This document shows positions 31,080 to 41,633 of a stretch of 64,000 nt of DNA, in pieces. The notes under the pieces are model-generated. The model saw only the letters and a program-made list of their open reading frames with translations, had not been told where the DNA came from and made no database searches. Source of the DNA: Opitutaceae bacterium (lineage in GTDB: Bacteria > Verrucomicrobiota > Verrucomicrobiia > Opitutales > Coraliomargaritaceae); the NCBI GenBank assembly GCA_051252375.1, contig JBPOFY010000001.1, positions 608,001 through 672,000 on the forward strand, written 5' to 3'. Position 1 is the first letter of the stretch, and each line of letters begins with the position of its first letter. A program made the translations under genes and the position numbers.

Positions 31080-32273
31080 ATGCCCGTTGCTATTAAACAC
31101 AGTGTTGTTCAGCATTTTAACCTACCTTTTATCGAGGGTGAGGTCGAAAGTTGGTCGAAGCAACAAAGAGCGTCTTTACCAGGCGCGCCCACATTTGCTC
31201 TGGTTTTCTGCGCTGCAGACGCGTTGCCATATGCAGAGGAGATACTGGAGATCCTTAGGATATATGCACATGCTCCCGTAATTATCGGTTGCTCGGGGCA
31301 TGGCGTGATTGCAAATGCGCATGAATTTGAGAATGAGGGAGGGTTTAGTATCTCCCTTCACTATTTGCCTGATACGAGCGCGCATGCGGTTCACTTGCCG
31401 GGATCAGCCTTTGAGGCGAGCGATGTGACTGCGGCCATCGCTGCGGAGATTGAGCCATTCAAAAACGCTGCAAATGCTTGGATGCTTTTTGCATCTTCTC
31501 AAAGTATTGGTCGCGAATCTTGGCTGACAGATTGGGATCGAGCGACAGGCGGACGTGTTACGATTGGTGGTTTTGCCTGCGGTGAATCACACGCGGATGA
31601 AGTCGCTTTGTATATAAACGGCGAGGTATATACCGATGGAGCAGTCGCGTTGTCTCTCGAGGGTGCGGTGACGATTGAGTCGGTGGTTTCTCAAGGGTGC
31701 CGCCCGGTTGGCTCGCCGTGGACAGTGACTCGGGCGCAAGATAATGTTATCCATCAAATTGGGAATCGTCCAATTCTGGAAGTGTTGCGCGACACGCTAG
31801 AGGGGATGTCGCGGCAAGAGCAGAAGCTGGCTCGTGGTAATATCTTTATTGGTTTGGTTTTGGATGAGTATAAGCAACATTTTGGAATGGGAGATTTCCT
31901 GGTTCGTAATTTGGCTGCCATTGATCCGAAGACTGGCGCGGTGGCGATTGCGACCCCGTTACGTATCGGGCAAAATCTACAGTTCCAGATCCGTGATGGG
32001 CATACTGCCTCGATAGATTTCGAAGAAATGCTAAAGGCCCGTATTCAACAGCTGGGTAGTCGCTCGGTGCACGGTGCATGCCTGTGTGATTGCATCGGTC
32101 GTGGGTTGTCGCTCTTCGGTGTGCCGGATCATGATGTAAATGTGATTCAAGACATCGTGCCAGGTGTCAGTGTAGGGGGCGTCTTCTGCAATGGAGAGTT
32201 TGCGACGATCGATGGTCGCACAATGCTGCACGGTTACGCAGCTAGTTTGGCTTTGTTTGTGGATGCCGTTTGA
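31080..32273 (+). CDS. FIST signal transduction protein
   Basis: IIGCSGHG, VSQGCRPVG, QFQIRD, CIGRG, FCNGE, LHGY. Confidence 0.9.
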   Translation: MPVAIKHSVVQHFNLPFIEGEVESWSKQQRASLPGAPTFALVFCAADALPYAEEILEILRIYAHAPVIIGCSGHGVIANAHEFENEGGFSISLHYLPDTSAHAVHLPGSAFEASDVTAAIAAEIEPFKNAANAWMLFASSQSIGRESWLTDWDRATGGRVTIGGFACGESHADEVALYINGEVYTDGAVALSLEGAVTIESVVSQGCRPVGSPWTVTRAQDNVIHQIGNRPILEVLRDTLEGMSRQEQKLARGNIFIGLVLDEYKQHFGMGDFLVRNLAAIDPKTGAVAIATPLRIGQNLQFQIRDGHTASIDFEEMLKARIQQLGSRSVHGACLCDCIGRGLSLFGVPDHDVNVIQDIVPGVSVGGVFCNGEFATIDGRTMLHGYAASLALFVDAV

Positions 32274-32309
32274 AGACCTCTGCTAAAATAGAGAAGCTAA
32301 AGGCACTTA

Positions 32310-32334
32310 TAAGTTTGCCTATTAGGTAAACTTA
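32310..32334. promoter_or_regulatory. Near-perfect 25-bp palindrome (operator or hairpin)
   Basis: TAAGTTTGCCTA-T-TAGGTAAACTTA with one mismatch (G-U in RNA). Confidence 0.45.
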
Positions 32335-32412
32335 ACTGAATTAATCACTTGATCAGATATGCTAATCCGGTAGGTTCTAATAAAACTTTGGTTAGTATAG
32401 AGGGTAGTAGTT

Positions 32413-32453
32413 AGGCTCGAACGTTTGGTAGGCGTTCGAGCCTCTTACTTTTT
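32413..32453 (+). terminator. Intrinsic terminator
   Basis: AGGCTCGAACGTTT-GGT-AGGCGTTCGAGCCT followed by CTTACTTTTT. Confidence 0.7.
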
Positions 32454-32556
32454 ATAGAGCGCCATTCAGCCTTGCTTGCGTTAAGTCGCTCTCATTTAGT
32501 GGATTCATACTGCTAGATATTTCTGCCGTCAACGTGACGCAAGAGAGCCAAAAAAC

Positions 32557-35500
32557 ATGTCGAAAAAAGAGATTAATCTCCCCTCCACGCTCGATACAGA
32601 AAAGCGACTGTCTTTGTTGCGCAGTCTCTGGCGCAGCCGACTAGGCGACTTGCGAGAGCAGAGTTTAATTCGCCAGGGCAAGGGTTGGTTTCACATCTCG
32701 GGCATGGGACATGAAGCGCTTGCTGCGATCGCGTTGGAGCTGCGGTCGGACGATTATGCGTTTCCTTATTATCGTGATCGTGCTTTTTGCGTGCAGCGCG
32801 GGATTAGCGATTACGATTTGGCCATGGCGTTCTACGCCAAGCGTGATTCTTCGAGTGGCGGTCGTCAATTGACCGGGCACTTCAGTGATCGTGCCTTGAA
32901 CATATGGAGCCATCCGTCGCCAGTGGGTGTGCACTTGTTGCCAGCGTGTGGCGCCGCTTGGGGCATGCAACTGGATGGTAAAGATTCGGTTGTTTATGCC
33001 TCTTTAGGTGAGGCTTCGGCTCGGCAAGGTGATTTCTTTGAGGCGGTTTGTTTCGCAAAAGAGCGCAAGCTGCCGATGGTTTTTGTGGTCGAAGATAACC
33101 GCATTGCGATCAGCACTTCGACCGTTGAAACCAACCCGATTGCACTCGGTGTGCTTGATAAAAGCGAGTGGATACGAGTGGATGGAAGTGAAGTGGAAGC
33201 CGTCGCGGCAGCAGGTCGCGAAGCGGTGGAGCGCGCACGGTCGGGGCAGGGTCCTGCTTTTATTTGGTGCGATGTAGAGCGCTTCTCGAATCACTCCAGT
33301 GCGGATGATCAGCGGATGTATCGCGCTGCCGACGAGTTAGAAGCGATGCATGAGCGTGATCCGATCGCGGTGTATCAACGTCGACTGATTGCTGATGGAA
33401 TTTTGACGGAGGAAAGTGCTACCGCCCTAGAGGAGAAAGTGCGCGAGGAAGTGCGCGAAGCTTATCGTCAAGCGAGCGAAACAGAAGATCCGCGGGCGAA
33501 TGAGTGTGAGCTGCATTTGACCGGAGCACCAGCGAAGCCATCGGCGTTGCCAGCTCTCGAACTGGGTGATTCCTGCCGCATTTTGGATGCGGTGAATAAG
33601 ACTTTTCATGCCGCCTTAGATACGATGGATGACGTCGTCTTTTTTGGCGAAGACATCGCGGATCCAAAGGGTGGGGTGTTTAATTTGACTAAAGGGCTTT
33701 CGAAGAAAGATCCGAGACGTGCGGTGAACTCACCATTGGCGGAGTCCACCATTATGGGTGTTTCCGTGGGCTTGGCTTCTTACGGGAAGCGACCTTGCTT
33801 TGAAATACAGTTTGTCGATTTCATCTACCCTGGGTGGAACCAGTTGGTTTCCAATATGGCGACTTTGCGTTGGCGTAGTTTTGGTCATTGGAAGTGCCCG
33901 TTGGTCATCTATGCGCCCTGCGGTGGTTATCTACCGGGCGGAGCCCTTTGGCACAGCCAAGCGGGAGAAGCTTCCTTTGCCCGTATCCCCGGGATTCGGG
34001 TGGTGGTTCCCTCGACTCCAAATGATGCGGCAGGACTTTTTTGGACGGCGCTTCATGGTGAAGACCCCACGATTATTTTATTACCCAAGCATTTAATGTG
34101 GGCGGAGCTACCAGTGCCTGAGACAGTTGAACCGGTGCCGCTTGGTAAGGCACGCATGGTTCGGGAAGGGCAGTTGTTGACCCTCGTAACTTGGGGTAAT
34201 TGCGTTGAGCTTGTTGAAGAAACACTCGAAGGGATGGATACTTCGTTGGACATTGAATTGATCGATTTGCGTTCGATCGCTCCTTGGGATCGTCAGACCA
34301 TAGCCGACTCGATTCAGAAAACCGGGCGTTTAATGATCGTCCAAGAGGACAACATCTCAGCCAGTGTCGGACAGATGATTGTCGCTGAAATGTGCAGTCA
34401 GCGAGAGGTGCTTCAATCATTGAAGGCGCCGCCGATCATTGTCTCCAAGGGCGACGTGCATGTTGGCTTTAATCCCATCTATGAATATGCGGCTTTGCCT
34501 GATAGTGCGCGGATTATAGCGGCACTCGATTATCTCCTTTCCAATACACTTGAAGCTTCATTGAAGCTGGATGCCGCCCCCGATTGTCCCGGCGCGGCAC
34601 AAACAATCACACCGACTGAAGAAGTTATGAATACTCCAGATACGACCGCTGGTTCTGCCACTAAGACCATTACTGTGCCGATTCTTGGTGAGGGGATTCG
34701 AGTAGCGCGCGTCGTTTCGATTCTCAAGTCGAAGGGAGATGTCGTTAAGGCGGATGACCCGCTTTGCGAAGTCGAAACGGACAAAGCGGTGTTCCCTATC
34801 GAGTGCGATGAGGACGGTATTTTAGAAGAATGGAAGATCTCTGAGGACGACGAAGTCAGTGTCGGGCAAGATCTAGTCGTGTTGAAACTTACGGGCAAAG
34901 CTGCGGCTAAAGCTGCAGTCGCAGCTGCAGAACCCATCGCTTACGATACGATGAAGCGCACGGGAGGATTATCCTCTGAAGCGGTCAAACAATTACAGGG
35001 GATTGTCCCAGCGACGATTGATGTCACTTGCCGCTGGGAAGCAGTGCGCGACGCGCGTTTGCGAAGCAAGAAGACACCGGGCGGCACACTGTCTACGGCG
35101 ACCATGACGGCATGGGCCGTGGCGCAAGCGATGAAGAAACATGATCGTTTCGCATCTGTTGTGCGCGGCAACGATCTGGTCTATGACCCTGATCGTATCG
35201 ATCTTGGTGTCGCGGTTGCACTGCAAGGCGATGCCCTAGAAACTGCGGTTGTGAAACAGGTCAATGCTTTGGACTGGGAGGCTTTCCAGCCAACTTTCAA
35301 CGAATCTTTGAAACGCACACGACACGGTGAAATCGACTCGAAGAACCGAGTTTCGCTATCCATTTCCAGCATGGGCGCGTATAATGTGCGCTCGGCGATT
35401 CCAATCGTGGTGCCACCATCGATTGCCACGCTGTTTATCGGTGCGCCGTATCTGTTGCCCGACCCGAAGTCCAAAACTGGAGGCACAATGGAAGTCGCTT

Positions 35501-35601
35501 CCTTGGTGCTGACATTTGACCATCGCTGGATCAACGGCGTGGGTGCCGCAGCGTTCCTTTCTGATGTGCGAAAAGGCATCGAACGCTTCGATCTTGTCTA
35601 G
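32557..35601 (+). CDS. Fused 2-oxoacid dehydrogenase E1alpha-E1beta-lipoyl-E2 acyltransferase (branched-chain type likely)
   Basis: E1alpha: GHEA, PYYRD, GEAS..EDN ThDP motif, HSSADD; E1beta: FGEDI..GGVF, PLAE, EIQF, HSQ; lipoyl: EVETDKA; E2: [14 protein letters not shown]. Confidence 0.92.
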   Translation: MSKKEINLPSTLDTEKRLSLLRSLWRSRLGDLREQSLIRQGKGWFHISGMGHEALAAIALELRSDDYAFPYYRDRAFCVQRGISDYDLAMAFYAKRDSSSGGRQLTGHFSDRALNIWSHPSPVGVHLLPACGAAWGMQLDGKDSVVYASLGEASARQGDFFEAVCFAKERKLPMVFVVEDNRIAISTSTVETNPIALGVLDKSEWIRVDGSEVEAVAAAGREAVERARSGQGPAFIWCDVERFSNHSSADDQRMYRAADELEAMHERDPIAVYQRRLIADGILTEESATALEEKVREEVREAYRQASETEDPRANECELHLTGAPAKPSALPALELGDSCRILDAVNKTFHAALDTMDDVVFFGEDIADPKGGVFNLTKGLSKKDPRRAVNSPLAESTIMGVSVGLASYGKRPCFEIQFVDFIYPGWNQLVSNMATLRWRSFGHWKCPLVIYAPCGGYLPGGALWHSQAGEASFARIPGIRVVVPSTPNDAAGLFWTALHGEDPTIILLPKHLMWAELPVPETVEPVPLGKARMVREGQLLTLVTWGNCVELVEETLEGMDTSLDIELIDLRSIAPWDRQTIADSIQKTGRLMIVQEDNISASVGQMIVAEMCSQREVLQSLKAPPIIVSKGDVHVGFNPIYEYAALPDSARIIAALDYLLSNTLEASLKLDAAPDCPGAAQTITPTEEVMNTPDTTAGSATKTITVPILGEGIRVARVVSILKSKGDVVKADDPLCEVETDKAVFPIECDEDGILEEWKISEDDEVSVGQDLVVLKLTGKAAAKAAVAAAEPIAYDTMKRTGGLSSEAVKQLQGIVPATIDVTCRWEAVRDARLRSKKTPGGTLSTATMTAWAVAQAMKKHDRFASVVRGNDLVYDPDRIDLGVAVALQGDALETAVVKQVNALDWEAFQPTFNESLKRTRHGEIDSKNRVSLSISSMGAYNVRSAIPIVVPPSIATLFIGAPYLLPDPKSKTGGTMEVASLVLTFDHRWINGVGAAAFLSDVRKGIERFDLV

Positions 35602-35629
35602 CCCTGTATTTTAATCTGTATCACTGATT

Positions 35630-36004
35630 ATGGACATCGAGACTTTCCCAAACCCAAACCAAGAGCGTAACTACACCATCCAGCATATTCAGGAGGAGTT
35701 TACTTCAACCTGCCCGATGACAGGGCATCCAGATTATGCCACGGTCGTTTTCAGTTACGTGCCTGACGAAATTTGCATCGAGCTCAAAGCGATGAAGCTC
35801 TACTTGCACAGTTTTCGCAACAAAGGGATCTTCTTCGAGGCTGCTACAAATAAGATCTTTGAAGATCTATATGAGGTGACGAAGCCTCGCTGGGCGCGAC
35901 TTGAAACGATTTGGCGTGGGCGCGGAGGTATTCGCTCAAACGTCGTGGTTGAAGCGCAGCAAGATGACTATGACGGGCCGAAAACGCCGCCGTTTGCGCG
36001 ATAG
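35630..36004 (+). CDS. queF: NADPH-dependent preQ0 reductase, type I (preQ1 synthase)
   Basis: EFTSTCPMTGHPDYA, ELKAMKLYL..FRNKGIFFE, RGGI. Confidence 0.93.
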   Translation: MDIETFPNPNQERNYTIQHIQEEFTSTCPMTGHPDYATVVFSYVPDEICIELKAMKLYLHSFRNKGIFFEAATNKIFEDLYEVTKPRWARLETIWRGRGGIRSNVVVEAQQDDYDGPKTPPFAR

Positions 36005-36012
36005 TTTCACGG

Positions 36013-36735
36013 TCAGCCGCCCATGGGTGGTTCCATGCATTCGCCGGTGAAGTAGCCTTTATACTCTTCTAGCCCTTCTTCGATTGCAGACGCCACAACT
36101 ATGGATGAAGCGAAAAACATGACGATGGCGTTCGCGATTGCATCACTTTGCCCGATGCCTTTGACGCGCCGAGAAAATGCTTCGTTGAGTCCTTCAAGTG
36201 TTTCGTAGAAAGCCTTCAACTCGACTAGGTCCCAGTCAGGTTGACCGCCTTCTTTGCGGATGAAGTATTGTTTCGTGAGGTAGGCGCTAACAGACCTGAA
36301 GAGCGTTTCGCCAAAAGAGGAAAAAGGCACGTGGAATGTAGCCATCGCACGAAGCTGCCCGACCACAGGGCATCCGCTCGTGGCCATTTGTAGACCGAGC
36401 ATCGAGTTGAGCCCGCTTTGTAAATCGCAGTTCTGTTTGTAGGTCCGGCGGGCGGTTTCTACCGTGAGATCAATGTTTTCAATCGAGGTATGGCCCTTAA
36501 AGGTCTCTAGCACCGAATGCATACGCAGGGCAGCGGGGCAATAGGGCGAGTCTTCCTTTTTTAGCGGGCAACACGCGCATTGGTCTTTTTCTAAGCGAAT
36601 CCAGTCCGGATATGCTTCGACGCGCTCGACGGGAGAGGGTTCCTCTGTTGTATCGAAACCGGTATCGATTAGGAACTCGATGGGTTCTTCCTCGAAATCA
36701 AATACGTAGCGTATTAGGTTGGGCTCGATCGACAT
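36013..36735 (-). CDS. DUF6901-like Cys-containing hypothetical protein
   Basis: W.RL...QCACCPL...YCPAA, MATSGCP, FHVPF pattern. Confidence 0.6.
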   Translation of the reverse strand: MSIEPNLIRYVFDFEEEPIEFLIDTGFDTTEEPSPVERVEAYPDWIRLEKDQCACCPLKKEDSPYCPAALRMHSVLETFKGHTSIENIDLTVETARRTYKQNCDLQSGLNSMLGLQMATSGCPVVGQLRAMATFHVPFSSFGETLFRSVSAYLTKQYFIRKEGGQPDWDLVELKAFYETLEGLNEAFSRRVKGIGQSDAIANAIVMFFASSIVVASAIEEGLEEYKGYFTGECMEPPMGG

Positions 36736-36767
36736 ATAATTAGAGTGCTTGATTTTACCGCTTTGGT

Positions 36768-37265
36768 CTAGAATAGAAAATCCAGAATAAACAAGGCGAT
36801 TACGCAGACACTTAAGCCGAATTTGAGTGCAAAGGCTAGGATGCCCCCGACCACGGTGCCGATGCCAGCTTTACCTCCATCCCTGAAGCTGCGGCCCGCG
36901 ACCATTTCTCCGATAATCGCCCCGATCACGGGCCCAACGATCAACCAAAAAAGCGGTGGGGGAATAAAAAACCCAACGAATGCACCGATGAACGCACCTG
37001 CCGCCCCTTTCCATGAGGCACCAAAACGTCGTGCTCCCCAGACTCCCATCACAAAATCAGCTAACAGGCCAATGCATGTGATGATGCCGGTGAGGATGAC
37101 GATTTTCCAGGTTACCGAAGCATCCGCGCCCATCCAGAGCCGATGAGTCAATACCCCCAACCATACGATTAAACTGCCCGGCACAACTGGCAACAGCGAG
37201 CCAGCCAGTCCGAGCATGAAAATCAGCGTGGTCACGCCCAGTGCGGTGTATTCGATCCATGTCAT
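36768..37265 (-). CDS. DUF456 membrane protein
   Basis: LPVVPG, GARRFGAS..G..GA, GPVIGA..GE; start set at ATG 37265. Confidence 0.85.
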   Translation of the reverse strand: MTWIEYTALGVTTLIFMLGLAGSLLPVVPGSLIVWLGVLTHRLWMGADASVTWKIVILTGIITCIGLLADFVMGVWGARRFGASWKGAAGAFIGAFVGFFIPPPLFWLIVGPVIGAIIGEMVAGRSFRDGGKAGIGTVVGGILAFALKFGLSVCVIALFILDFLF

Positions 37266-37351
37266 CTGCTTTGAACAACTATGTCTTCCGCTTTCGAGGT
37301 CAATTTGCATTTGCCATTTGCGACTACTGACGCATTTTCGCCGCTTCGCTT

Positions 37352-38845
37352 ATGACAGATACAACAGCCAATCAGGACAACTCGCATGACCTTTATGCCG
37401 TCCGCCTCCAGAAGCTAGAGAACCTTTGCAAGGAAGACCGTAACCCTTTCTTAGCAAATTGTGCACAGACGCATACCTCTGCTGAAGCCATTAAATTGTA
37501 TCAAGAAGGCGTGGCCGATGAGGATCAACCACGGGTCGCCATTGCTGGTCGCATCACGGTTTTCCGTGTCATGGGCAAGGCCAGCTTCATCAAAATTCAA
37601 GACCGTGATGGCCCGATTCAGTGCTACGTTACACGCGACGAATTACCCGAAGGCGAATACAATACCTATTTCAAAAAGCTCGATCTCGGCGACATTATCG
37701 GCGTCGAGGGTCGCCTCTTTAAAACAAAGACCGGCGAAATAACAGTTCGCGCCGAAAGCTACACACTTGTTTCCAAGGCCCTTCGTCCACTACCCGAAAA
37801 GTGGGCAGGCTTAACTGACGACGATAAAATCTATCGTCAGCGTTACCTTGATTTGATCGTCAATGCCGAGTCGCGCCAGCGTTTCCGTCAACGTTCGCAG
37901 ATCATCAAAGAGATGCGTAAGTATCTCTGGGAGCGCGATTTCACTGAAGTGGAAACGCCCATGTTGCAATCCGTCGCTGGCGGTGCGGCAGCTCGTCCCT
38001 TTATCACACATTCCAACGCACTCGATTGTCAGTTCTATATGCGTATCGCATTGGAACTGTATCTAAAGCGCATGCTCGTTGCAGGCGAAGATCGCGTTTT
38101 CGAAATTGGTCGCGTCTTCCGTAACGAAGGACTTTCTCGCCGCCACAACCCCGAGTTTACTATGCTCGAACTCTATCAAGCCTATACGGATTTCCGTGGC
38201 ATGATGGAGCTCACGCAAGGTCTCATCCAACACGTGGCCAAGACTGTGATCGGATCGCTCGAAATCGCCCGTCCAGACGGAGTGGTGATCAACCTCGATG
38301 GCGAATGGCGCGAAGCGAAGTATAAGGATTTAATCATCGAAGCCACTGGCGATGCGGAATGGTTTACCCATGACCGCGGCACTAAGCTCGAAAAGGCGCG
38401 CGCCCTCAATATCGAGGTCAACGGTGAGCTCGAAGATTACGAGATCACCAACAACGTTTTCGAAAAAATCATCGAGCCGACACTGATTCAGCCGACATTC
38501 GTCACGCACATTCCACGCGAATTGTGCCCGCTGGCTAAGATCACACAGGACGACGAAACCACCATCGATGTGTTTGAGCTTTGCATCAATGGTCAGGAAA
38601 TCGCCCCCGCATACTCCGAGCAAAACGACCCGATCATCCAGCGTAAGATGTTTGCAGATCAAGTCGGCGAAGAGCAGCAAGATATGGACACCGATTTCCT
38701 CAATGCCCTCGAGCACGGCATGCCTCCCGCAGGCGGCATGGGTCTAGGCATTGATCGCCTCATCATTTTACTCACTGGTGCCGAAAGTATTCGCGATACC
38801 ATCCTCTTCCCGAGTTTGAAGCCGCTAAAGCCTGCAGAGTCGTAA
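37352..38845 (+). CDS. lysS: Lysyl-tRNA synthetase, class II
   Basis: YRQRYLDL, GGAAARPF, FRNEG, HNPEF, GMPPAGGMGLGIDRL. Confidence 0.98.
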   Translation: MTDTTANQDNSHDLYAVRLQKLENLCKEDRNPFLANCAQTHTSAEAIKLYQEGVADEDQPRVAIAGRITVFRVMGKASFIKIQDRDGPIQCYVTRDELPEGEYNTYFKKLDLGDIIGVEGRLFKTKTGEITVRAESYTLVSKALRPLPEKWAGLTDDDKIYRQRYLDLIVNAESRQRFRQRSQIIKEMRKYLWERDFTEVETPMLQSVAGGAAARPFITHSNALDCQFYMRIALELYLKRMLVAGEDRVFEIGRVFRNEGLSRRHNPEFTMLELYQAYTDFRGMMELTQGLIQHVAKTVIGSLEIARPDGVVINLDGEWREAKYKDLIIEATGDAEWFTHDRGTKLEKARALNIEVNGELEDYEITNNVFEKIIEPTLIQPTFVTHIPRELCPLAKITQDDETTIDVFELCINGQEIAPAYSEQNDPIIQRKMFADQVGEEQQDMDTDFLNALEHGMPPAGGMGLGIDRLIILLTGAESIRDTILFPSLKPLKPAES

Positions 38846-38902
38846 GAGAGTAAGTGATTTTTGTCTTTTGCTTTAGGTTGAAGTGGTGTTTCTCGTAGGC
38901 AT

Positions 38903-39101
38903 CGTGGAGGCGCTTCGGGATGGAGTGATGGTTTTGTGAAGGAGCCGTTATATCATCTTAGGGTGGTATGTATGGTGAACTTTACCTTGAATTTAGCCTG
39001 TAGGTGATTATCTACAAATCAGTTATATATCCGTAAACCCCGCGGATTCAGGTTCTAGAAGCCTGTATCTTTCACGATTCGACCCCGATCGTGAGCTTTT
39101 T
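38903..39101 (+). ncRNA. ssrS: Probable 6S RNA (or structured rny leader)
   Basis: About 195 nt whose ends pair (TCGGG..TTGTGAAGGA with TCTTTCACGA..CCCGA); contains GAGCCG, ACCTTGAA and TTCAGG..AGCCTG elements reminiscent of 6S; directly upstream of rny; boundaries approximate. Confidence 0.55.
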
Positions 39102-39117
39102 CTAATTAGATATATCT

Positions 39118-40611
39118 ATGAATTTTGATCAGATAGTGGGGTTTGCTGCAGGTGCTTTAATCGGCATTGTAGCTGTGCTATTTTTCTTTAAGCGTCGTTT
39201 CGCGCGTAAGGAAGATATCTTGAGGCAGAAATTGGATGTCGATGCCCGCGAGGCACGTTTGGCTATTCGCGAAGAGCAGTCTGAGCATGAATTGCAGTTC
39301 AAGCAGAGGTCAGCAGAGCTGGATCTGGCGACGAAGGAAAACACCCGACGTGAGGAACTTTTAGGTAAACAAGAAGTTGCCATTGAAGATAAATCCAAGG
39401 AGCTGTCCCGAGAGCAAAGACTCTTAGAGGATGCCGAGCATGAAGCTGAGAAGATACGCCGATTGTATCGCTTAAAGCTCCACCAGATCACTCAAATGGA
39501 TCAAGGCGAGGCGCGCCAATTGTTGCTTCGGAATACGGAGAAGGAGTGCGAGCAAGAGATCCGTGATCTGCGTCGCACCGTGCTCGGTCGATCTGAGTCG
39601 GAGGTTTCTAATGAAGCCAAGCGCATCCTTTTGGCTGCGATGCAGCGTATAACGAGTCAGCCCATGAACGACGCCACGGCGACGGTAGTGAATTTGCCGA
39701 GTGAAGAAATGAAAGGCCGTATTATCGGTCGCGAAGGGCGTAATATCCGAACTTTCGAGCATGCGACGGGCACGACGTTGATGATCGATGAGACACCGGA
39801 TTCTGTTTTGATCTCTTGTTTCGATCCTGTGCGTCGTGAGATTGCACGGATTGCACTCGAAGCACTGTTACGCGATGGGCGCATTCACCCGTCCAGTATT
39901 GAGGAAGAAGTGCTCAAGGCTGAAGATGAAATGCATGCCAATGTGATTGATCTGGGGGAAGGAGCCTTGCGTAAGCTTCGCTTAAGTTCTGTTCATCCAG
40001 AGGTGGTCGCTTTATTAGGCAAGTTACACTACCGACTTTCAAATAATCAAAACACACTGGCTCACTCGGTCGAAGTTGCCAATTTGTGTGCATTGATCGC
40101 CTCGGAGATTGGTTTGGATCCCGTCATTGCTAAACGCGCGGGCCTGTTTCACGACATCGGAAAAGCGGTGGACGAAGAGTATGCTGGGAGTCACGCAATG
40201 GTCGGGGCGGACATTATCAAGCAACACGGTGAAGACCCTCGTGTGGTCAATGCCGCGGCAGCGCACCACAAGGAAGTGCCAGCTGAAAGTGTTTATGCAG
40301 GGCTGGTCATGGTGGCAGATGCATTGTCTGCGGTTCGACCTGGCGCACGCGCGTCTTCGATCGATGGCTTCATTTCCCGCGTAAGAAGTATCGAAGAGAT
40401 TGCGCAGGCGGAAGCCGGTGTGATCGATGCATATGCAATTCAGGCGGGTCGCGAGGTGCGTGTTATTGTAGAACCTGAGTCGGTCGGTGATGAGGAAGCG
40501 CGACAGATTGCCCGTAAAATACGCTCTAGAATTGAAGAAGAATTGAACTATCCCGGATCGATTGAAATTACTGTCATCCGAGAGCAACGATTTAGCGAAA
40601 CTGCCGTATGA
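39118..40611 (+). CDS. rny: Ribonuclease Y
   Basis: N-terminal TM, coiled coil, KH domain ([12 protein letters not shown]), HD domain (FHDIGK), RPGAR. Confidence 0.96.
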   Translation: MNFDQIVGFAAGALIGIVAVLFFFKRRFARKEDILRQKLDVDAREARLAIREEQSEHELQFKQRSAELDLATKENTRREELLGKQEVAIEDKSKELSREQRLLEDAEHEAEKIRRLYRLKLHQITQMDQGEARQLLLRNTEKECEQEIRDLRRTVLGRSESEVSNEAKRILLAAMQRITSQPMNDATATVVNLPSEEMKGRIIGREGRNIRTFEHATGTTLMIDETPDSVLISCFDPVRREIARIALEALLRDGRIHPSSIEEEVLKAEDEMHANVIDLGEGALRKLRLSSVHPEVVALLGKLHYRLSNNQNTLAHSVEVANLCALIASEIGLDPVIAKRAGLFHDIGKAVDEEYAGSHAMVGADIIKQHGEDPRVVNAAAAHHKEVPAESVYAGLVMVADALSAVRPGARASSIDGFISRVRSIEEIAQAEAGVIDAYAIQAGREVRVIVEPESVGDEEARQIARKIRSRIEEELNYPGSIEITVIREQRFSETAV

Positions 40612-41633
40612 TCCAACGTCTATTATTCCCTTTCCTTTTTGTCCTCTGTGCAGGTTCTAGCCTAGGGCTGTCTGCCGCGCCGCAAGTGATTTCGCTGGAT
40701 ACTGGTGAACGGGTGGTGGGAGATGTGTTGCCGCATTCAACCGATGAAGTGCTTTACATTCAGTCTAGCCTGCTTGGAGAGATGTCGGTCGCACGTGATC
40801 GAGTGGTCAAGATGGAGCCACAGGTAAAAGCAGCGAATGTTAAAAAGGCGCCAGTGGCTGTGGTTGCCCCCAAGAAGCAAATTGCCCTCACCACTGAAGA
40901 GATCGAGCACATCGAAGAGCGTCGGGTCATCGATACTTTGAAAGAGTTTAAAGCCCCGGATTCTTGGAATGGTAATTTACGTTTGGGTATGAATCTCAGT
41001 CAGGGCGATCGTAAATGGACGGAAACCTATGCGCGGGGTAATTTAGAGATTAAACCGCATCAGAGCCCTCACTTTTATCGTTTTAATGGCTCGTATACTT
41101 ATCGAGAGTCCGAGCGCAGCAATGGCAGTTCATTCAAGTCTACCGATAAGTATGACACTACTTTTATCTATCGCGGCACGTTCTACGATAATTGGTTTGT
41201 GCAAAATTCTATTGGCGGACGTGTTGATCAAATCAAAGGGATCGACCGCGAAATACAGGAAGCGGTTGGCGTCGGCTACAAGTTTGAGCCGAATAGCACT
41301 ATCGAGATATTAGTCGGCGGAGGTGGCGGTATTGAGGAATTCGAGACCGAGTTTAATGATACACGTGAGGGTTGGCATTCATTGATGAATGTTTTTCAAG
41401 AAGCTAACTGGAAGCCTTTCGCAAGGACCTCTTTTGTGCAGAAGTTTAACTATTACTGGAATCCTGAGGACTCTGAGCAATATAACTATATGTTGTCTGC
41501 TGCGATTCGTTATCGACTGACTGATTTAATCGGCTTCGAGTTCTCCTATAATAAAGATTTCGATAACGATATCGGTAGCGGGGCTTCTAAAGACGACACC
41601 CAGTGGCGTAATGCCTTGGTGGTTTACTTTTAG
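40608..41633 (+). CDS. DUF481-like outer-membrane beta-barrel protein
   Basis: Signal peptide, alternating aromatic strands, C-terminal YF. Confidence 0.75.
   Translation: MIQRLLFPFLFVLCAGSSLGLSAAPQVISLDTGERVVGDVLPHSTDEVLYIQSSLLGEMSVARDRVVKMEPQVKAANVKKAPVAVVAPKKQIALTTEEIEHIEERRVIDTLKEFKAPDSWNGNLRLGMNLSQGDRKWTETYARGNLEIKPHQSPHFYRFNGSYTYRESERSNGSSFKSTDKYDTTFIYRGTFYDNWFVQNSIGGRVDQIKGIDREIQEAVGVGYKFEPNSTIEILVGGGGGIEEFETEFNDTREGWHSLMNVFQEANWKPFARTSFVQKFNYYWNPEDSEQYNYMLSAAIRYRLTDLIGFEFSYNKDFDNDIGSGASKDDTQWRNALVVYF

Noticed and set aside
32274..32556. TPP riboswitch before the ThDP-dependent dehydrogenase
   Set aside because: The conserved CUGAGA core is absent
35602..35629. preQ1 riboswitch before queF
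   Set aside because: The spacer is only 28 nt, with no stem or A-rich tail
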